A stretch of DNA of 64,000 nucleotides, taken from the NCBI RefSeq assembly GCF_009914755.1, contig NC_060935.1; one strand, given 5' to 3'. Source of the stretch: the human T2T-CHM13v2.0 reference genome, Homo sapiens. The position numbers and the translations under genes were made by a program. Shown here one piece after another: positions 56,850 through 64,000 of this stretch; position 1 is the stretch's first letter, and each line of letters opens with the position of its first letter. The notes below the pieces were generated by a model, which was not told where the DNA came from, did not search any database, and saw nothing but the letters and a program-made list of their open reading frames with translations.

Positions 56850-57660
56850 TGACCCCTCGGCTCGCCCCCGACGCCACACCCCCTCCTCAGTCCGCATGTT
56901 GGGTCAGGAAGGGCAGTGGTGTGGCCAGATCCATGAAAGGGATTCTAAGAACAAAGCCTGTGCCGTTTACCTGCAGATCAAAGTTTGCCGTTAATAACAT
57001 GTGTGTTGGAGAGGGCAGAGAGAGGACCGTTGCCCCTGCATTCCATTAAAAAGGGATTATGGGCTGTCTGACCAGGTAAGCAGTGTGATCTGTGAACAGA
57101 AACTTGTCCTTTGGAAGTGGGGCTGTGGCAAAACAAAAGCCTTAGGAGACGTAATCAGCAACCGTTCACTGCAGCAGGGCGGGTGGCGCGGTGTCTGTGT
57201 TTGTGCCTGTGTGCAAGGGCATGTGCGATATTTTCTGCTGTTGCTAAGATGGGTTCCCCCTTCACTGGCCTCTCGCCCAATCGAAAGGTAGCTGCTCCTC
57301 ATTGGCTGCCTGGCTTTATCGAATGACCATGACGAGCTGGAGCGAAGCCCACCTCATTGGCTTATTCCTATGGCCATTGTCAGGGGAGAGCAAATCAGAC
57401 ACCTAATCAATATTTTGTGAAGTGGCACTAGACTCTTGGCTAAATTTGCATTAAATTTCTCCCTGTCTGTGCCTTTGCACTCAGATAAGCATCATATTAA
57501 CTTCGGGGATAGAGAGAGAGACGAGCAATCAAACACTGTCATCCTTCAGCCATTTTGGATGAATCTCTGAGTCTTGGCAAAAATCTTGGAGTGCCGAGCG
57601 TGCAACAGAGAAATTAGTCATAAACAGATGCAAACCTCCCGAGCAGAGACATATTTAACT
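56850..57660 (-). promoter_or_regulatory. Candidate upstream alternative promoter or enhancer with CCAAT boxes
   Basis: CCAAT 57277-57281; two identical CCTCATTGGCT at 57297-57307 and 57352-57362; GC box ~57177; octamer ATTTGCAT 57444-57451; CpG enrichment; minus-strand donor CTGCAG|GTAAAC at 56971. Confidence 0.5.
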
Positions 57661-58099
57661 AGGCTAGATTAGTGGTGGCCCTTCTAGACAAAAACTGATT
57701 TACTTCCTTCCTTCTTCTTTCCTTCCTTCCTTCCTTCCTATATTCATTCAACAATTATTTATTGCACACCTATTCTGAGTCAGGTTCTTCGATGGCCCCG
57801 GATATATCACTGTGCCAGGCAAGAAATATTTCCCTGCTAGGTCTTTCAGGGTGCTAAAGGGCCGGGGTTCATCACATGGTAAATTACCTGGCTCTTAAAG
57901 AAAAGAGAGGGGGCTCTGATCATCATCCATGGAACGAGATGGAACCGAAGTCCCACAGATGAAAGTCTCCTGAGTAGGCACAGATTCTGAATGAAAAACT
58001 GGCCTAGTAACTGGAGTTCCCCAGAATTCAACATGAATGTCAGTTAAAATGTGGATAGGTAGTGGTCCTGAGGAAGAGAAAAAAATGGATGTGAATACA

Positions 58100-59800
58100 T
58101 TTCCTGTCTTTCAGAGAAAACCAGGAAAGAAATTCCACATGCCCTCTACCTCCCATCACTAAGCAGCTAAGCTATACCTGCACCCCTGCCCTCTGCGCTC
58201 CTTCCTGTTGGAACAAACAACGAGGCGTGTTTCTATCAAAATCAACGCTTTGGCTTGTGTACAAGTCCCAGCGCCATTCGCCCACTCAAGCATCTCCTGT
58301 CATTCTCACCTTGTTCTCTTACATCATCAAATTTTCAATCTTCCCCTCTCATCATCATTAAAAAATGCTGCAATATCCCTCATCTTTAAAAATAAAGATA
58401 ATTAAAAAAAACACACACACAACTCTTTATAGATCCAAGGCTGATGTTCAGCCAGCGCCCATGAGCACTATTATGGTGATTGCTAAAATACTGAAAGAAT
58501 TCTGGATGGGTTGGTGAGCACTGCTACCCTGAGCCTCCCGAGTATCTGCCTCTGACCTTTTCCAACCTAGCCTCTTCCCTGGGACCTCCTGGACAGCCTA
58601 TAATCCAGAAACCAAAAGGTTAATGCCAGGACCAGCAAAGTCCTCCAAGACCCTGCTCCAGACCTATAGGCAGCATCCCTTCTGACTGCTCAGTGCCCAT
58701 GCCATAGTTATTCTAATAGCATCCCTGCTTAGACACGGCATTTTCTTCGAGTCATTCCCTCTTCCCCTCGCCACTACTTTCCTCTCCTTTAGAGTAAAAC
58801 CCCTGGAAGAGTTGTCTATCCTGTCTCCATTTATCTTTTTTTCTTTTTTGAACCCATTTCAACCAGATTATGTTTCCAATCTCTCCAGCATCACTTTTCT
58901 CAAGGTTATCAAGGAAACCTCCACTTTGCCAAATCCAAAGATCAGGCCTCAGTCCTCATCTTACTTGGCTTACTAGTGTCATTTGACACAGCTGACCAAT
59001 TCCTTTTCCTTAAAACATCTTTTTTTGTTACTTTCTTTCCTTGTCTCTGAGACGCCACTTTCTCCTGGCTCTCCTTCTTTCCGTCGGTCTGCCTTTTGCT
59101 CTCCTTTTCTGGTTCCGTCTCACCATCCTGGTCCCTAAGGCTGAAGCTCTCTAGGGCCCAGTCTCTGGAATCTCATCTATTTTCCTCTCTGCATTCACTC
59201 TTTGGGTGATCTCTTCTAGTCCCTTGACACTGAATACCATCTATATGCCAATGATTGTCAAATTTCTATTTCCTGCACCAACGTTTCTACACTCATAATC
59301 CAATTGTCACTCTGCGCCTTCACTTGAATATATAATATACATCTCAAATTTAAGTTGTGTAGAACTGCGCCCTTGCTATTCCCATCAAAACTTCTTTTTC
59401 TTGCCCCTGGTCTTCATCTTAGAAAGTGACAACATCATTTTTCCTATTGCTGAGGCCAAAATCCTTGGAGTCAGCCTTGACTCCTCTCTTTTCTCTCACA
59501 CCAAACTATAATCTACCAGTAAATTCTGAAGCCCTACCCTCAAATCAGACCCAGAATCTAACGATTTATCACCACCTCCCACCACAGCCATTTAAGTCCA
59601 AACCACTATCATGTGTCTCCTTTATTAATGCCATGATGATGCAAAGGTTTCCCTGCTGTCAGCCCGGCCCCTTTTACAATCTCTTCTTTGCACATTGGCT
59701 GAATAAGTCTCTTCAAGTAAATTTAGTTCATTATACTCCTTTGCTCAGAGTTTCCAAATGGGTTTCATCTCGCCTAGAATAAAATTCAAAGTCTATACAC
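58100..59800 (+). mobile_element. Long L2 body fragments
   Basis: gccaaatccaaagatc..cagtcctcatcttacttg..catttgacacagctgacca..aggccaaaatccttggagtcagccttgactcctctc. Confidence 0.8.
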
Positions 59801-60160
59801 TACAGTTAGACACTAAATGGAGCCCACACATTATTAGCTGGGTTCCGGCTTTGCTCCACAGTGTGGCCATCTTCCAAATATGTTATTCATCACAAGGAAG
59901 ACTGGGTAAGAATATGAATGTTTTATTATGCAAATCTAAAAATAAAACAAACAAAAACAAAATATTTGTTACAAAGTTAAATCTTAATGATGGTCCCTTA
60001 TGAACTTCAACTTTTTATTTAAGGGCACTATATTGCCTTAATGTGCATTAAAATGATTTCATTTTGTCTCCATTCATACCATGAGCTGAAATTAAATTAT
60101 GTCTAATTGTCAGTGTACATAGTGGGCAGTATTGAATCAACAAATGCTTAGAAAATGACC

Positions 60161-60448
60161 TTTTTTTTTTTGAGACTGGTTCTCACTCTATCATCAAGGC
60201 CAGAGTGCAGTGGAGCGGAGCAATCATGACTCACTGCAGCCTTGACTTCCTAGGCTCAAGCGATCCTCCCACATCAGCCTCCAGAGTAGCTGGGACTACA
60301 GGCATGAACCATCACATCTGGTTAATTTTTGTATTTTTGTAGAGATGGGGTTTTGCCATGTTGCCCAGGTTGGTCTTGAATTCCTGGGCTCGAGCAATCT
60401 GCCCATCTCAGCCTCCCAAAGTGCTGGGATCGCAGGTGTGAGCCACTG
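60161..60448 (-). mobile_element. AluJ
   Basis: Reverse Alu with caatcatgactcactgcagccttgacttcc. Confidence 0.92.
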
Positions 60449-63094
60449 GACTTCTTATTAATTACCTGTGAGGATGATAATGATAATCATAAATTGAATA
60501 TTCCTGGGTAAGTTATGGCATTTTATGTATTTAAATTACATATATTTCCAACAACTTTATCTCCATTCTAAAGGTGCAGCCACAGTTTTGTGGCTCAGAA
60601 AATTTGATGCCTTAATCAAGGTATAGTACTTGCTATGGTAAGTAACACAGTTTGAGAGCAATGGTCTGTGTGGCTTCAATGTTTGTGCTTTTGCAATAGC
60701 CATATCATGGTGAACCATTTACAGATGTAATACTTTTGTCTTTATCATGCTATCATCATTATTATCTCAACAAACTCTAAGGATCACTGACAAGTGAGAA
60801 GCTGATACTGCTGTCCTTGGTCTGTGAATGAGTATGCTGAGCTCCAAAGAGCCTCAAGCTCAAGTAAGAAGAAAACCCCAGTCCTCTGTTCCCCTCTCCC
60901 AGTATGTTTCCCCTAGTGTCTCATGCTACTTTACCCATATTTTTCTTAGCTAAGTGAGTGAATTGGACCTATTTACCCTTAGAGTTCCAGAACAGATTTC
61001 CTAGAATCTATCAGTTTGCAGGTCACCTTTTTCATATACCATGCTTTACAATGCCAATTCCCCATCTGCCAGAACATAAGCCTTCTTTCTGAAGATGCTC
61101 TCAAGCCCATGGGGAGCTGAGCTCAAATGTACTAATTTTCTGATGTCAAATTCCAATCAGGTGTTTGTTTTTAATATGAAAAAGAAACTAGACAAATTCA
61201 AAACTGTGCACATGCACTTGTATATTCTGACATAATCCAATAAAGAACAACTTCCTATGTGGTGGAGAATCTCCTAGATTTCATATTATTTTTTGAGAAT
61301 TTAGTTTTTATGAACTAATCATGACTTACCCCTGTTTGCACCAAATATGCCCCTTTTGTCAATAGCCTCTGTGTTGAATGATTCTTCTGTCCTTGGTCCA
61401 GGGAAGAACCAAGGAGGGAGAATCCTATTGAGGAATCAGAACAATGGAGTGACATTGTGTAGCCTCTGCCACAAGAAGGCTGATCTTCTAGGTCACATAA
61501 ATATGAAGCCCCAGCTGGCCAAGTGAATCAGGATACAAGTATAGCTATTAGGAGATGCATGGCTTAGTTTCACTTCTCTAAAGAAAACAGAAATTCATAC
61601 AAAGCTCTGCCATAGGGTCAACTTCATGGGTTGAATAAATGAATGAATGGTCATTCAGTCATTCAACAAGTACACCTGCTGTTTTCAAGTCACTGCTGTC
61701 AGTGTTACGAAGAGAAATCCTTTTTAAAGTTCTTCATTGTATGTACAAGTTATATATAAAGAGTCACTTTGACTGAATGTTGCTGCTAGATACTTCAGCA
61801 CTTGGATACCTGCACATTCTGCTGAAGGAAACTCACCCTGGGACAATCAGGGTTAGAGAAGCAATGGTATAGTAACACATCCATTTAGTACAGTCCGCAG
61901 AAATAATTTTAACACATATGAAACACAACCATGTCTAATGAAGAAAGTAAACCTCTTTTAAATGAATTGCTAATATTATAGTCTACTTAGAATAAATATT
62001 TTCAGACAAAGACAAGCCCAGTGGTTGCACAAGCTAAGCAAGCCCAGCTTATTGTCCAGGAATTTAAATAAGTGCATTTTTTAAAGGTATGCTAATTCTG
62101 AGTTGGTTTATTAAAATTAATCTTGGAGATGATTTTTCAGCAATCAATGAATTTCTTTAAGACGAGTTATACCGTTGAGATATAATAGTCAGATGCTGTC
62201 ACATTCATAGTTAACAAGCTTTCTTCTAAGTATTTTTCATGTGTGTGATCTGTGATCATAAGATTCCTGAGGGCAGAATTACAGTTACTCTTTCAAAGAG
62301 GAGTAGCTTCTTATCCTCCAATGTTTTATCAGTGCTGAGTACAGAAAGGACTCTTGTACAAAGTTCAAAACAGAAATAGACGGTCTCACTAACAGGAATA
62401 CTTATATGGACTAGAAAAAGGTAACCATGACACCAGAGACCAAGGGCATCTATAATACAATGGGGACCTACCAATTCACATGATTCAGAGGGAAAAGAAA
62501 CTGGGCAGGTCTGGCTTGCTTCTCTTGGTACCTCCATGAAATCTGCAGGGCTCTGCAAAGAACAGTTTGAAGACCACGGATATAGCCTACCTTCTAATTT
62601 CTCAAAAAGAGAAACTGAGACCAAGAAAGGCAAAATGGCTTCTCCAAAATTATATAACCAACTGTTACTGAGCTGAAATTAGTTTCCTGTTTCCCAAGAC
62701 AGTACTTTTCCTCATCCCAGACTCATCTCAATTTCAGAGTTTACTGCAGCCTCCCTCCAGCAACCTTTCCTCTCTATTTCAGGCAACCAGAGCAAGCCAG
62801 GTTGGGACTGAGCCACCCAAAGCCATTTGTCAGTGCCAGTCTCCCACTGGGCAATGCTAACCCCAGCATCTGGTCCTGGTTTCTAGCACTTACGCTGTCG
62901 TGATTAAAGAGTTGACATATGTAAACAAACCATAACTTAAGCACAACATGGTCAGTGAGTAGAGCCCAAACGTGGATGAGTGCTGACTCATAAGTTAAGA
63001 AGGAGCCAGTTTAGAAATTTCTAGTCTTGTTTTTCTCTTGTGACAGGTATATAAATATTGCAATTGCTACAGACAGCTTTTTTTTGTGCTTTAC

Positions 63095-63942
63095 ATTGAT
63101 TTTTATTTTATTATTATTTTTTTCTTTCCAATGTTTAGGTTCAGGGGTACATGTGCAGGTTTGTTACATGGGTTTATTGTGTGTTGTGGGGGTTTAGTGT
63201 ACAGGTTGTTTCATCATACATATATATATGTGTGTGTGTATATATATATATATATCCTATAGATATATATATCCTATTTTATACATATATATCCTGTAAG
63301 TCTGTACCTCTAGAGAACCCTAATACAATGTGATATACCACATAAACAGAATTAAAAACAAAAATCACATGATCATCTCAATAGATGCAGAAACAGCATT
63401 TGATAAAATGCAGCATCCCTTTATGATTAAAACTCTCACCAAACTCTCTGGTACCAAGCCTAGTACCCAATAGATAGTTTTTTGATCTTCACCATCCTTC
63501 CACCCTCCACACTCAAGTAGGCCCCATGTCTATTGTTCCCTTTTGTGTGTCCATGTGTATTTAATGTTTAGCTCTCACTTATAAGTGAGAATATGTGGTA
63601 TTAGGTTTTCTGTTCTAGCGTGAGTTTGCTTAGGATAACGGCCTCCAGCTCCTTCCATGTTGCTGCAAAGGACATGATTTCATTCTTTTTTTATGGCTGC
63701 ATACTATTTAATAGTACATATGTATCACATTTTCTTTATCCAGTCCACTGTTGCTGGACATCTAGGTTCATTCTATTTAACCTTTGCTATTGTGAATAGT
63801 GCTACAATGAGCACACATGTGCATGTGGCCTTATGGTAGAACAATTTATATTCCTGTGAGAATATATATAATAATGGGATTGTTGGGTTGAATAAAGTTC
63901 TATTTTAAGTTCTTTGAGAAACCCACAAATTGCTTTCCACAG
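63095..63942 (-). mobile_element. L1 3' end (old L1PA/L1PB) interrupted at ~63216-63449
   Basis: ggttcaggggtacatgtgcaggtttgttacatggg..agtacccaatag..cacttataagtgagaa..tgctgcaaaggacatgatttcattc. Confidence 0.92.
63216..63449 (+). mobile_element. Composite insert: (TA)n + MLT2A LTR 3' end + L1 ORF2 RT fragment
   Basis: tatatatcctgtaagtctgtacctctagagaaccctaataca (ends 63327) resembles the MLT2A terminus; 63328-63447 translates to [36 protein letters not shown] (L1 RT). Confidence 0.8.
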
Positions 63943-64000
63943 ACAGCTTCTTGTAATTCTTACGCTCAAATATTTCTTAACCCCATAGCAAGTTTAACAA

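Noticed and set aside
61794-61812. REST/NRSE-like TTCAGCACTTGGATAC (similar at ~28111)
   Set aside because: Half-site spacing is one base short and the right half is degenerate.

Overview
Human (primate) genomic DNA, rich in Alu, MIR, L2 and L1 repeats, with no credible protein-coding gene; the ORF-track ORFs are repeat-derived or chance. Two minus-strand exons with canonical splice sites are present: a ~112-nt TATA-driven first exon (29746-~29857) and a 63-nt exon (7309-7371). From memory I recognise both as the lncRNA/miRNA host gene MIR100HG (miR-100/let-7a-2/miR-125b-1 cluster, chr11q24); this is not a database search and should be confirmed by BLAT. I found no miRNA hairpins in the window, and they are expected beyond the left edge. 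The most unusual feature is a ~135-bp inverted duplication with an ~800-bp spacer just upstream of the TSS. Its transition mismatches are 11:1 biased towards G-U pairs on the PLUS strand, which also carries strong splice donors and a micro-exon-like signal, suggesting a divergent, structured antisense RNA. Also seen: a spliced 41-codon sORF across exons 1-2, a candidate CCAAT-box upstream promoter (~57.3 kb), an AP-1/ARE/TEAD motif cluster at exon 2, a strong CTCF site, a chimeric TSD-less insertion inside an L1, and a perfect 40-bp tandem duplication. Repeat subfamily calls are by eye and boundaries are approximate.
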